Source of the DNA: Chiloscyllium plagiosum
Lineage: Eukaryota
DNA length: 64,000 bases
Assembly (NCBI RefSeq): GCF_004010195.1
Contig: NC_057728.1
Span: 48,839,152 to 48,903,151, forward strand
Direction: 5' to 3'
How positions within the stretch are numbered: the first letter of the stretch is position 1; each line of letters begins with the position of its first letter. Of this stretch, positions 14,046-27,459 are shown one piece after another. The translations under genes were made by a program, and so were the position numbers. The notes beneath the pieces were generated by a model that was not told the origin of the DNA, ran no database searches, and saw nothing but the letters and a program-made list of their open reading frames with translations.

Positions 14046-14673
14046 TGTTCCTAATTTCCACCCATACTGACTCAGTAGGCAGACCCTCCTTGACAATGGT
14101 AACTTCTGTAGCTGTGATACCCTCTCTGATTAGCAGTGCTACACCCTATCCTTTTCTTCCCCCTCCCTATTCTTTTTAAATGTTCTAAACCCTGGAACAT
14201 CCAGCAACCATTCCTGCCCCTGAGAAACCCACGTCTCTGTTATGGCCACAACATCATAGCACCAGGTACTGATCCATGCTCTAAGCTCATCACTTTTATT
14301 CCTGGTACTCCTTGCATTAAAGCAAACACACTTTAACTGATCCCTTGGATCTTTCACAGGAAATTCCTTCCCACTGGCTGCGCAACCTCTTGCTATTGCC
14401 TCATCTCCATCAACTCTCACCACCAGTCTATAGCTCAGAGTAAGAAGAGTAGTACTGTAAACAGAACTGTCACAGCAGAGATCCTCTCTCTTTGTGAGGC
14501 TAAGAATTTGAAAGAAAGTTCTAGAAAGATTTTGGCAGCAACACCCATTGCAAGTTACATTGATAACGATCACTATAGAATAACTTGTAACTCAAAATGC
14601 GTGAATGACAAAAGATTGGGGATTGCTGTTGCAGTTTTAAAACCGATACTGGAGAATGGATAATATTAAAAGT

Positions 14674-14983
14674 GGGTGGCATGGTGGCACAGTGGTTAGC
14701 ACTGTTGCCTTACAGCGCCAGAGAACCGGGTTCAATTCCTGCCTCAGACGACTCTCTGTGTGCAGTTTGCACATTCTGCGTGGGTTTCCTCTGGGTGCTC
14801 CGGTTTCCTCCCCGAGTCCAAAGATGTGCAGGTTAGGTGAATTGGCCATGCTAAATTGTCCATAGTATTAGGTGAACGGGTAAATGTAGAGGAATGGGTC
14901 TGGGTGAGTTGCGCTTCAGCGAGTCGGTCTGGACTTGTTGGGCCAAAGGGCCTGTTTCCACACTGTAAGTAATCTAATCTAAT
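14674..14983 (+). mobile_element. HE1-type V-SINE
   Basis: tggcacagtggttagc A-box, ggttcaattcc B-box, V-domain, aatct tail. Confidence 0.9.
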
Positions 14984-15589
14984 GGGGAAATCTCCAAATT
15001 GAAATGGATGGAAAGCAGGGGTCAGCTGTTTAATTTCTTTAAATAGCAAGCTCTAAAAGAACCTGTTGAACATTCTGGAAAACAGATGCTTGCAACTTTA
15101 AATAGTAAATAAATAAAGGAGAACATTTGTTATTGCTTTGTATATTTTCTTTTGCCTCCTTTAATTATATAATTCATATATTTTAAAAGGGGAATTTGTT
15201 ATCATTTAATGGTCAGAAGAGAAGCCTGAGAGCTAATGAAATGAAGAAACTGGTGAGATTTATTAATTCAGCGTTAATTGGGTTTGAATTGGTAGTATAA
15301 ACATGGGCAGCTAAAAAATCAGCAGGGTATGAGTTTTATGAAGTGTGTTTAACTGAAATAAGATCTCACTAATGACTTGGCCTCTGTTCAGAAAAAATTA
15401 TTTTCTACTGTATAACATTACTAACTTAAATAGGAACAGAAAACATTGGAGAAACACTGCAGATCTGGCAGTATATGTAGAGAGAAAGAGTTAACACTTC
15501 GCGTCTGGTATGACTCTTCTTGCGAGATGTATCTGCAAGTTCACCTTGAAGCACACACCATCCTGGAATTAGAACAATAATTTTTCACT

Positions 15590-15852
15590 TTATTATTTCA
15601 TTGGATATGAGCATGGCCAGCACTTGTTGCTATCCCTAATTGTCCTTGAACTGAGTGGTTTCCTAGGCTATTTCGTAAGGTGGATATTGCTATGGGTTTG
15701 GAGTCACATATAGGCCAGATTGCAGATTTCATTCCTAAAAGGATATCACTGAATCATATCGGTATTTACTTCAATTGATAATTTCAGTAATTGTGACATG
15801 AAACAGCTTCATATTCCAGATTTAATAATTGAATTTAATTTCTAACAGCTGA
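15590..15852 (-). mobile_element. Old tRNA-derived SINE (family with ...ggaaatctg...gtgactccagaccc core; possibly MetaSINE-type, unverified)
   Basis: Similar to copies at 19445..19497 plus 20668..20920, 31895..32190, 32445..32537 plus 33808..34003, and 48550..48890 (+). Confidence 0.6.
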
Positions 15853-15973
15853 TAAAATTACTTATTGTCATTCTTTTATTGTTGGGTCAAAGTCCTGGAA
15901 CAGCCTTTCAAGCAGTACTGTGGATGTACCTACACTGAAAGGACCACAGCAGTTCAAAAATGCAACTCATATG

Positions 15974-16308
15974 TAGCACTACTGCCTCACAGTGCAGGGA
16001 CCCGGGTTTGATTCCAGTCTCGGGCAACTGTCTGTGTGGAGTTTGCATATTCTCCACGTGTCTGCATGGGTTTCCTCCAGGTGCTCCGGTTTCTTCCCAC
16101 TATCCAAACGTGTGTAGGTTAGGTGAACTGGCCATGCTAAATAGCCCATAGCATTCAGGGATGTGTAGATTAGGTGCATTAGTCAGAGGAAAATGTAAAA
16201 GTAATAGATAGAGGAATAGATAGATACTCTATGGAGAGTCAGAGTAGACTTGTTGGAGCAAATGACCTGTTTCCACACTGTAGGGATTCTATGATTCCAT
16301 GGTTCTAT
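15974..16308 (+). mobile_element. HE1-type V-SINE (5' slightly truncated)
   Basis: V-domain core and ctatgatt tail. Confidence 0.85.
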
Positions 16309-19005
16309 CGTATTTTCAGGGGCAATTAAGGATAAGCAGTAACTGGCTGTGCTAGTGACGCCCCCATCTCTTGAATGAATAAAAAATACATCCTCATGAG
16401 AAAAAGAGGCTCGAAACTCTATCACCCATTGTATGGAAAAGGACTTTCCAATTTCATGTCTGCATTCTGGATTTCTCCATCAAACAAAATAGTTTCATTT
16501 ATTGATTGGGCAAAATGGCAGTTACCTTTCCATGTGGAAAAGTGTGAGGATCGTCCACTTTGGATTCAAATCAAAATGTTTCCTGAGCAGTGAGAGATGA
16601 GGAACTACAGAGGATTATTGGGATTTTGATGCCCTTGTACACATAGAGTGAAAGCTAGACACAGGTTGAAGTAATTAGATTCTTTGCCAAATCTTTTAGC
16701 GTTTTGAACACTATAGTTAGGTTAGTGAAGAACCTTCTAATGCAAGGGAATACAAGCCAACTTCATGAAAATTGTCCTGAAATTAGCCCTTTAAGCTTCA
16801 CCAAATTCTGTACTCATTGCCTTTCAAGGTCAACATATCTGAAAGGTACAATATTCAAAACAGCAGTATTTCCAAACAGGTCTCATTGAAGGATTTATAC
16901 AACTCAAACTTGCTTATTTTATTTTCCAATTCCCTTGCAATAATGTCAATATCATTCACTGCTTTAATTTACTTTTTGTATCTGTGTATTAACAATCTAT
17001 GTACATAGAGATATTAATCACTTTTCCACATTTCATAGCCTTTTGCCATGTAAATATTAAAGTTGCCAATCTTCAATCTATTGTGAAATTACCAGCTATT
17101 TCAGCCCCTTTTACCAGGGTCTGCTCAATCTTTTCGTTGCATAAAGCCCTTTAAGTACAGAGTTTTAACCTTGCCATGCACCCAATTCTGAATTTTCCAT
17201 AATCTTTACTCGTGAATCTGACATCAGTGATGGCATCATTTTGAATAGGCCAACCCTACAATTTCTGACTAAAGCAGCTAATGCAAAATGCATGTGCATA
17301 AATCTTCCTGTAGTGCTTATGATGCTTTTGCCAATATTGTTCCATATTTTGATTGTAGTTAACTTTTATAAAATGTAGTTTTACATTATTGAATTATCTT
17401 CTAAACTAATGTTTTATTTGGATGCTGTTTCATACTTTGCCATTAAACATAAATATTTCGCATTCTTCAAAGCATGCGAAGTGCAAGGAATTTCCAAACA
17501 AAAGTTCCATGCACAAATATAGTGTCCAATACTCACTGGTGACTTTAAGTTATTGTTATACAATAGAAATTAACAGCAAGTACAAAAATAACATTCAGTT
17601 TTTGTTTCACATATTTTCATGCTAATCAAAAGACAACTAGGGCACCATTTTGAGTACAGTACCTAACCATCAGTGATATACTGACATTTAGAATAGACTG
17701 ACATTTAGAATATTCAGTTTATTTAGTTCCACTGCTATTAAAAAATTTGCACTTGTATCTGTTTAGCTAGACTAAAAAACATGAACCATAGTGTAACATC
17801 AATTATGTCCCAATTTAAGAACAGAACCCTCTGCAATGATGGGATTTACATACTGGTTGAAGATGTGAGCTTCATGCCACATTTTGTTTTTATAATGAAC
17901 TTTCTATTACAAGTTGCAGCAATATTATAAAATCAAAACAATGCTGATGCTAAGGATCCAAAATAGAAACAGAAAGCTATAGAGAAACTCTATAGAGAAT
18001 TGTTTCGCGTCCAGTGCTTTTTATTCAGAACACAAGTGATCCAAAGGAGAGTCATTGGACTTAAAATGTCAACATGGTTAGCAGTAATATTGTTCTAGTG
18101 TTTAAAACATTAATAACTCAGATGGAAACAAGACAAGAACATGAACTGCTAGCTCATTAATTCTCTATTGTACCTTTACAATTAGACTTTATCCAGTCTT
18201 CTAGAAAGATCCACATGAGTTTATTTCGGTCTAGGTGAATTTTTCAAGTTATGACTCGAGATATTACATTCACTTCTGTACCTTTAAAACAATCAGAAAT
18301 CACTCACCTGATGACAGATTCGGTAAAGTAGATTGAAAATAAAACTATTATTAACCACTTCATTTCTGCTTTGACAGAACAGATGTAACCGGAGTTGGTC
18401 ACTTCACTGCAGGTCAGTAACATTGAGTGGCGCAGTGAATTTATTGAACTTTCTTCAAGACCCCGTGGTAGACAAGGTAAACAAAAGGCATCGTCACCGT
18501 TTGGCAGCATGAAGTCCACAGTTTACATTATGCAATAGTAATTCTGTGGTTTGAAGTTTTCATGACTTCAAAATAGCCACTGTATTTTAGATTAGCAAAA
18601 CAATGATCAAATTACAATCTGTTTCTAAACCATTTTTGGTCTAATCTTGGCATCTGTTTTTCAGTTTGGTGCATTTGCTTCCATGCTGCTGCCCTGAAGA
18701 CATCACCGACACTTAATGGGAGCAGCTTCCAAGTGCTTTGCACCACTCTCCAGTACCGAGAAGTGCCTAAAAATAAGCTAAACCCTTTTTTTAAAAAAAT
18801 AATATCTTGGAAGAGCAGCTAGATCAATAAGATACTTTGATGCTGTTGATTTATGTAGAGCTCAAATCTCTTTTTATTTGTTCCTTTTAAATAACTGCTA
18901 CATTATTTAAGTGGTAGGGAGATGCATTATTCTTTGTAATTGATTCCTGCAAATTGAAAACTCACTTTAGGAATGTCATTTAAAAAGCTGGTAATTATAT
19001 GAATA

Positions 19006-19410
19006 GAGTCACAGAGTCATAGAGGTGTACAGCACGGAGACAGACCCTTCGGTCCAACTCGTCCATGCCGACCAGATATCCCAACCCAATCTAGTCCCAC
19101 CTGCCAGCATCCGGCCCATATCCCTCCAAACCCTTCCTATTAGTATACCCACCCCGATGCCTTTAAAATGTTGCAATTGTACTAGCCTTCACCACTTCCT
19201 CTAGCAGCACATTCCATAAACGTACCACCCTCTGCGTGAGAAAGTTGAGTATCTTTTATAGTTTTTTTTATAGGTCTCTTTTATATCGTTCCCCTCTCAC
19301 CCTAAACCTATGATCTATAGTTCTAGACTCCCCCACCCCAGGGAAAAGACTTTGTCCATTTATCCTATCCATGCCCCTCATTATTTTGTAAACCTCTATA
19401 AGGTCACCCC
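19006..19410 (-). mobile_element. CR1 LINE 3' end
   Basis: Same 3' tail as 2089..2389 and 23213..23610. Confidence 0.85.
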
Positions 19411-19497
19411 AAAACAACAGTTTTATTTAAAATATGTTCATTGAAGTTGGCATCGCTGGTTGCTTTAGCATTTACTGCCCATCCCCAATTGTCCAGA

Positions 19498-20667
19498 AGA
19501 AGTGAGGACTGCAGGTGCTGGAGATCAGAATCAAAAACCGTGGTGCTGGAAAAGCACAGACAATCAGGCAGCAGCCGAGGAGCAGGAGAGTTGACGTTTC
19601 AAGCATCAGCCCTTCATCAGGAATGTTGGTGGCGCCCAAGGAGGCTGAGAGATAAATGGAAGGGGGTGGGGCTGGGGGAATGTAGCTAGGAATGCGATAG
19701 GTGGATGAAGGTGGGGGGCGGATGATAGTGATAGGTCAGAGTAGAGGGTAGAGCGGATAGGTGGGAAGGAAGATGGACAGGTAGGACAGTTCAAGACGGC
19801 ATTGCTGAGTTGGATGGTTGGATCTGGCATAAGGTGGGGAAACGGGAGATGAGGAAACTGGTGACACCTGTAGTCAGACCCCACCACCAGGGATATATTT
19901 CCCTCCCCACCCCTTTCAACATTCCACAGAGACCAATCCCTCTGTGACTCCTCCCCCCCCCCCACCACTAACCCACCCTCCACTCTCGACACCTTCTTTG
20001 CCACTGCAAGAGGTATAAAACATGCAACCACACCTTCCCCCTCACCCTCATCCAAGGCCCCAAAGGATCCTTCCACATGCGGCAAAGATTTTCCTGCACC
20101 TCCAAACACCTCATCTACTGTATCCATTGCTGTAAATGTGGTCTCCTTTACACTGGGGAGACAGGACGCCAACTTGCGGAACATTTCAGAGAACATGTCT
20201 GAGACACACGCACTAAACAATCCCACTGTGCTGTGGCCGAATACTACAACTCCCCCTCCCACTCCGCCAAGGACATGCAAGTCCTGGGCCTCCTCTACTG
20301 CCAACTCCTAACATAGACAAAGAACACCTTGTCTTCCACCTCGGGACCCTCCAACCTCACGGGATCAATGTTGATTTCATCAGTTTCCTCATCTCCCCCC
20401 CCCCCCCACCTTATCCCAGATCCAACCCTCTAACTCGGCACCGCCCTCTTGAACTGTCCTTCCTGTCCATCTTCCTTCCACTCTTCTCTCCGACATATCA
20501 CCTTCACCCCACCTTCATCTACCTATCGCCTTCCCAGCTACCTTCCCCCCAGCCCCACTCCTCTCCCATTTATCTCTGTGCCCCTTTGGGCAATCCCCCC
20601 TCCACATTCCCGATGAAGAGCTTAGGCTCTCCTGTTGCCTGATCATCTGTGCTTTACTAGCACCACA
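19498..20667 (+). mobile_element. Penelope-like element (Neptune-type GIY-YIG remnant) with inverted terminal repeats
   Basis: 20041..: LTLIQGPKGSFHMRQRFSCTSKHLIYCIHCCKCGLLYTGETGRQLAEHFREHV*...EHLVFHLGTLQPHGINVDF. 19498..19860 is an inverted copy of about 20380..20667. 13-bp TSD ccaa(t/c)tgtccaga. Confidence 0.88.
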
Positions 20668-21269
20668 CCAACTGTCCAGAGCACAATTAAGAGTCAGTCA
20701 CATTGCTCTTAACTTGGAGTGACATGCTATAAGATAAATACAGCAGAGTTCCTTCCCTTAAAGGTCATTGAACCAAATTGGATTGTTTTATAACAATCAA
20801 CATAGTTGCCAGATATTTTAAACAGACAATTTTAAATCAGCCATGGTAGGATTTGAACCCATGACACCAGAACAGTAGCCTTGCCTCTGGATTACTAATC
20901 CAGCGACATAACCATTACCTTTTTATTGTCCTTCCAAACAGGTGTTGCACTTATCATGAGAATTTTGAGTTAAGGTAAATATAGATCAAAAGACCTTTTT
21001 TAAAAAGATGCATATCTGTTAGATCCTATGTCTGTCCACTATATTTGCTTCTTGCGTTTAGTTACGTTATGATGTTTGTATGGTCACATGCATCTTAATG
21101 TTAACTGTATGGGAAATCTTGCTGCTTGTGTAAGCAGTACAGTTGTTGTGAGGAGTCCTGATGGGTAGGTAGGGACTCACCCACTAGGCCGTGGATTCTT
21201 GGTAACACTGTGCTTGCCCAATGGGGAAAGTTCCGCCTGAATGGTATCACTTTTCTACAAGGAATGTAT

Positions 21270-21905
21270 TAGAACATAAAACAGTACAACGCAGACCTTC
21301 GACCCTTGATGTTGTGCTGACCTTTTATTCTACTCTAAGATCAAACTAGCCTTCATACCCTTCAATTTACTATCATCCATGTGCCTCTCCAACAGTGCTT
21401 AAATGTCTCTAATGTCCCTAATGTATCTGACTCTATTACCACAGTGCATTCCATGTACCCACCACTCTCTGTGTAAAGAACCAACCTCTGACATTTCCCC
21501 TGCACCTTCCTTCAATCACCTTAAAATTATGTCCCCTCATGATGGTCATTTCTCTCTGGGAAAAAGTCTCTGATTATTCACTCTATCTATGCTTCTCATC
21601 ATCTTGTACACCACTATCAAGTCATCTCTCACCCTTCTTTGCTTCAAGGATAAAACCCCTAGCTCCCTCAACCTTTCTTCATAAGACAAGCCATCCTAGT
21701 AAATCCCATCTGCACCCTCTCTAATGCTTCCAAATTCTTCCTCTAGACCAGAACTCAACACAGTATTCCAAGTGTGGTCTAACCAGGGGTCTGTAGAGCT
21801 GCAGCATGACCTCCGGGCTCTTAAATTCAATCCTCCTACTAATGAAAGCCAACACACCATCCACCTTCATAACAACCCTGTCAACTTGGATGGCAACTTT
21901 GAAGG
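21270..21905 (-). mobile_element. CR1 LINE 3' fragment
   Basis: LYRPLVRPHLEYCVEFWS and CR1 tail. Confidence 0.85.
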
Positions 21906-21911
21906 TATTAC

Positions 21912-22589
21912 TGTTATGGACCAAGCCAGACCCCCTCAAAACATTTCAAGAAAGTAGCCTGGACCCTAACTTTGCTAGTTGTTTTAAGCAGGTGTAGTGT
22001 GGATATTTCAGCTGGTCAATCCACTTAGTTTTAAAAAGAACTGAATTTATTTACAAGATTACTGAATGAAACAAAAATAAAAGAGAACAGAATACAGAAT
22101 AACTTAACCTATCTGAAAATCTAACAGATTATCCCAACTTAATGTTGCTGTTCCAAATACTTGCAACAATCCCCATAAACAGACCTTGGCAAAAAAGGTA
22201 AAAGCAAGCACAGGGCCTTACAGGAGAGAGAGAGAGAGAGAGAGAGATGGCAGACAGGTTCAGCAGGGAACACTGTCTTCTATGTAGCTGTTTCTGGGAC
22301 CAGCAGCCTCAAACTGACTGATTGCTTTCAGTGAACAACCAGACTGCTAAAACCAAACCTAACCAGAGCAAAGCTGAGCTTGGAGAACCAGTCACTCCAC
22401 TTTCATTGTACAAGTGTTTCTTTTAAAAGCCTGAAAGCCTTTTGTCTGAGGCAGTACCTGTTAGCTATAATCATATTGGCCCTAAAACCCATTGAAAGCC
22501 AGACTTTTCGGCATTGCTGCTTTTACAACCTCTCTGAAAAATAATGGCTAAGGACAGCATAACCTTGTTAAAGGAATAGCATCATCACA
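21912..22589. mobile_element. Probable solo LTR (about 680 bp)
   Basis: Starts TGTTATG and ends CATCACA; flanked by attac/attat; internal (GA)n; no ORF. Confidence 0.6.
22224..22247. repeat. (GA)n microsatellite
   Basis: About 12 GA units. Confidence 0.9.
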
Positions 22590-22728
22590 ATTATCCAGAT
22601 CTGGTGCATCCATGCATGACTGGTTTGACAGATTTATTTTTACGTTAGGGATGTTCATGTATTTCATAGAATTAAATCTGTAATGTTGGATAATCTTGGT
22701 GATGTGAAGAGCCATCCTTACAGCAGAA

Positions 22729-22831
22729 GAGCACTGAGGAAGGGTCACGTGACCTGAAATGTTAACTCTGATTTCTCTCCTCAGATGCTGCCAGACCTGC
22801 TGAGCTTTTCCAGCAATTTCTATTTTTGTCT
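22729..22831 (+). mobile_element. PLE terminal fragment with hammerhead-like motif (family B)
   Basis: CTGAGGA A GGGTCA CG TGACCT GAAA TG TT at 22734..22763; 12-bp TSD cttacagcagaa at 22717..22728 and 22832..22843. Confidence 0.8.
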
Positions 22832-23212
22832 CTTACAGCAGAAATGTCCTGCAGGTTAGCCTAGTTAGATGGAATGGTGGCAAGCAACTCTCTAGTGAGA
22901 AATACACAGCAAAGATATCATTCATCTGATGTGCCCATATAGAAGTGTGGTGCAGGATACTGATGAATATTAAAAGTACATCAGTTATTGATGCATGTGC
23001 ATTTGATGTCCTGTCATGAATACATTTTCCTCATTTCATTGTGTGTAAACACCTCAAAGTAATTTCCATTGTAAATATATTATTTGTTGCAATTTCAACA
23101 ATTGTGCCAGCCATCAAGAATATTGGGGAAAATCTAAAAGAAAAAATACTCATGCCTAAATTGCACTACTTTACAATTAAATAATAATGCATTGAATGAA
23201 AATTAAGCACTG

Positions 23213-23610
23213 GAGTCATAGAATCATAGAGAGGTACAGCACAGAAAAAGACCCTTCGGTCCAAACCGTCCATGCCAACCACATATCCCAACCCAATCTA
23301 GACCCAACTGCCAGCATTCGCCCCATATCCCTCCAAACCCATCCTAATCATATACCCACCCAGATGCCTTTTAAATGTTGCAATTGTACTAGCCTCCACT
23401 ACTTCCTCTGACAGCTCATTCCAAACACGTACCACCCTCTACGTGAAAAGGTTGCCCCTTAGGTCTCTTTTATATCTTTCCCCTCTCACCCTAAACCTAT
23501 GCCCTATAGTTCTGGATTCCTCCACCCCAGGGAAGAGACTTTGTCTATTTATCATATCCATGCCCCTCATGATTTTATAAACCTCTATAAGGTCACCCCT
23601 CAGCCTCCGA
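23213..23610 (-). mobile_element. CR1 LINE 3' end
   Basis: CR1 tail homology to other copies in the window. Confidence 0.85.
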
Positions 23611-24457
23611 TGCTCTTATCTTTATTAGGAAGGCCATTGTATGAAACACAAGTCCATTTTTGTGGTGAGCTGAGTAATAATGGGGATAAATATAAGACAT
23701 GAGACTTTAACTGGGGTTTGATCAATATAATGTGTATATCATTTTGAGGCAGAAGGCCACCAACGTATATTCCTTTCTCGCAGTTTTCTATGCTGTGAAG
23801 TTCAAATTGCATGAACCAAATACTCTTCCAGCATACATCTCTATCACTACATCATAAGATAATACTCAAAAGTCTAGAGTCTCAGAGTCTCAGATCTGGC
23901 ACATCTTCTGAGTTAAATCTGAATAATATAATTGGATTTTGAAAAAAAAGTCATCCATTCAGAAGATTTTTTTCATTAAGTTGCAAATGCATTAAACGCT
24001 ATGTATATCTAAGTGTAGGATAAAATGATAACTGTGAAAATCTCAACTGGTAGTTAAGATCAGTGACATATTTGGCAGCTTGGTTATCATTTTACTTTGA
24101 AAATTAATTTTCTGGATATTTTTATCTCATAAGGAAACCCTTACATTTTTCTATGTTATTTGATTTTGTATCAACAATATTGATTTGTAACCTTCACTTG
24201 CAATCTGTTGGTTCAGCACTAAAGGGACATCTTGACCTGCTACTGCTGATAGAACATTGCGATACAGCATGTTATGTTTACTAAATTCAACAAAGTATTG
24301 GGAATGTAAACAAGCTACAGGAAAATTAACCATTGTAGTGTCAGCATATGTGCAGTGAACATTTATGCATTTGAACATTTTCACTCTGGGCACTATTTTA
24401 ATAATTGCATAATTTACAGGAACAAAGCTAATGGGATCCTTTAACGTTTATTTTGTA

Positions 24458-24870
24458 GTGTATACCTTGGCTCAATAATTGCAACCTTGCCTCATGGGTT
24501 CAAGTCCAATTCAGGGACGTTTGCACATAATCGAGGGTGACACTTTAGCAACATCTCTTATGTGAAATATCAAATATGGATCCTTTCTGATCGTTTGGGT
24601 GATATAAAGCATTTCATAGCACTATTTGAATGGGGGAGCTGGAGGACACTTGGGGATGGAGTTCTTCCAATCTGATGGCCAAAGTTTAGTTCTCAACACA
24701 CTACTAAAACACATATTGCTTCTTGTGAGATCTTGATGTGCATGAACTGACTGCTATACTTGTTTACATTTCAACAGTAGTGTTGAAACACTGTTCTCCT
24801 GTGATGCAAAGCTCATTGGGAGTTATGAGGGTGTGAAAGGTACTGTGGAAATGCTATCTATTCATTTCTA
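24458..24870 (+). mobile_element. Decayed DeuSINE (SacSINE1/AmnSINE-like)
   Basis: tRNA-like head (ggttcaagtcc), catagcactatttgaa...cttgatgtgcatgaactgactgc Deu-like core, gtgaaaggtactgtggaaatgc tail. Confidence 0.6.
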
Positions 24871-25119
24871 TTGACTTGCTGTGTGACTGAGTTCATTGTT
24901 TTTAATACTCGGTACTTGTTAGCCTTTAGTTACTTTATTTTGACAGAACTGGAATTACTTTTAGAACAACTATGTATATAAAGAAGCACAGTAATAAATA
25001 TTCAGCATTCTTGGATTACAGCTACATAAGCTTCTGAGTGCACTGCTTTTGAACAGATAGTCTAAAAGTCTTGTTATAGGTACAAGATTTTAAAATTAAC
25101 CTTTTGAGAAGTGTTACTG

Positions 25120-27455
25120 TGTACCCAGGATTTAGATGCTTAGGTGTGATGGAAAGAGATGTAAAAAGAATGGGGGAGTTGCATTACTGGTAGAGGAGTA
25201 TTTCACAGGTGTACTGATGGAGGATACATCAGACGACTCAGAGAGGCAGTATGGGTAGAACTCAGGAATAGGAAAAAAAGTGAAATCAAACTGCTGAGGG
25301 TTTACTACAGGCCTCCCAACAGCCAGTGGAGATAGATGAGAGAACATGTAGACAGATTTTAGAAAGATATAAAAATGGCAGGGTTGTTGTAATAGATGAT
25401 TTTAATTACCCCTGTATTAACTGGGAATTGTGGGCTTAGACAGTGCAGAATTTGTAAGAACAATTCAGGAGGGTTCCTTGACACATTATGTAATCAGTCC
25501 AATCAGAGAAAGACCTAGTTTAGGGAAATTAGCCCAGCCAGGTGAGTGAGGTTTCAGTGGGGGATCATTTCAGGAGAGGTGACTATTATACTGTGCGTTT
25601 TAAGATACTCATGGATTGAGATAACAGCAGTCCTTGGGTGAAGGTGTTAAACTGGGGGAAGGCAAACTACAACAATATTAGGCAGGAACTGGAGAGTATT
25701 GATTGGAGGTGGCTGTTTGAGGGTAAATCCACATTGGACATGTGGGAGTATTTCAAATGTCAGTTGATAGAGTTCAGGAGCAGCATGTTCCTGTGAGAAT
25801 GAAGGATAAGTATGGCAAGTTACATGAACCTTGGATGATCAGGGATGTTATGACCTTGGTCAAAAAGAAAAAGGAAACATACGTGAGGTCCAGGAGGATG
25901 GGAATTGACAAAACCCTTGAAGTATACAAGTCGGAAAGAACTTAAGCAAGGAGTAGAAGGACTGAAAGGGTTCATGAAAAGTCATTAGCAAACAGGATTA
26001 AGGAGAATCCTAAAGCTTTTTATACATATATAAAAAGCAAGGGGGTAGCCAGGGAAAGGGTTGGCCCACCCAAGGACAAAGAAGGGAATGTATGTGTGGA
26101 GCCAGAAGAGGTCTTAAACGAGGTCTTGAATGAATACTTTGTATCGGTATTTACCAAAGAGAAGGAATTGGTGGAGGATGATCTCAGGGAAGGGAGTGTC
26201 AAATTTCTAAGTCACGTTGCTATTAAAAAGGAAGAGGTGTTATGCATCTTTAAAAATGTATTAAGATAGATAGGTCCCTGGGTCCTGATAGGATGTACCC
26301 CAGAATATTGAGGGAGGCAAGAGAACAAGTTGCTGAAGCATTGATGGACATTTTTGTATCCTCCTTGGCCACAGGTGAATTCCCAAAGGATCGGAGAACA
26401 GATCATGTTGTCCCATTGTTTAAAAAGGTTAACAGGGACAATCCAGGAAATTACAGGCCTGTGAGCCTCACACCAGTGGTAGAGAAATTATTGGAGAAGA
26501 TTCTCAGAGACAAGATCTATAAGCATTTAGAAGCAAATGGACTGATTTGCGATAGACGGAATGGTTTTATGTGGGGCGGGTTGTGCCTCACTAACTTGTT
26601 AGAGTTTTTTGAGGACGTGATGAAGATGGTTGATGAGGGAAAAGCGGTTGATATTGTCTACATGGACTTCAGTAAAGCCTTTGACAAGGTTTGCCTCAAG
26701 ATAAAGATACAAAAGATAAAGATACATGGTATGGGGTAAGTTGGCAAGATGGTTACAGAACTGGCTTAGTCATAGGAGACAGAAGGCAGTGGTGGAAGGA
26801 TGCTTTTTGGAATGCAGGGCTGTGACTAGTGGTGTTCTGCAGGGATCATTACTGGGACCTCTCTGTTCGTGATTTACATAGATGATTTGGAGGAAAATGG
26901 AGCTGGTCTCACTAGTAAGTTTGCGGATGATACAAAGATTGGTGGAGTTGTGTATATTGAGGAGGATTGTCAGATAATGCAGTGGGATATAAATCAGTTG
27001 GAAGCATGGACAGAGAAATGGCAGATGGAATTTAATCCAGACAAATGTGAGGTGATGCATTTTGGAAGGTCTCATACAGGTGGAAATCATACAGTGAATG
27101 GTAGAACCCTTAGGAGTATTGATTTACAGAGATATCTGGGTGTGGAGGTCCAGAGATCACTGAAAGTGTCAGCGCAGGTAGATAAGGTAGTAAAAAAGGC
27201 CTACGGTGTGCTTGCATTCATTGGAAGGGTCATTGAATATAGGGATAGACAAGTTATGCTGCATTATTATAGAAATTTAGTTAGGCCACACTTGGAATAT
27301 TGCATAGTATTTTCGTCACCACAATATTGGAAGGATGTGGATGCTTTGGGAAGGGTTCAGAAAATGTTTACCAAGATGTTGCCTGGTACGGGGCATTTTA
27401 GCTATGAAAAAAATGTTGGATAGACTGTGTTTTCATTGGAATACAGGAGTTGAAG
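25120..27455 (+). mobile_element. CR1 LINE ORF2 remnant
   Basis: [42 protein letters not shown]. Confidence 0.92.
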
Positions 27456-27459
27456 GGCG

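Larger units (their letters stand above)
11465..14345 (-). mobile_element. Relatively young CR1 LINE (RT/3' end 11465..12572; endonuclease part 13419..14345) across a gap
   Basis: MEFNLDKCEVMHFG, LYKTLVRPHLEYCAQFWSP, CVCFNARS...YDVVAITETW. Confidence 0.88.

Noticed and set aside
14674..14745. tRNA-like sequences (also 62388..62460 and others)
   Set aside because: Heads of HE1 SINEs, not tRNA genes
17680..17712. 16-bp tandem duplication actgacatttagaata
   Set aside because: Ordinary local slippage duplication
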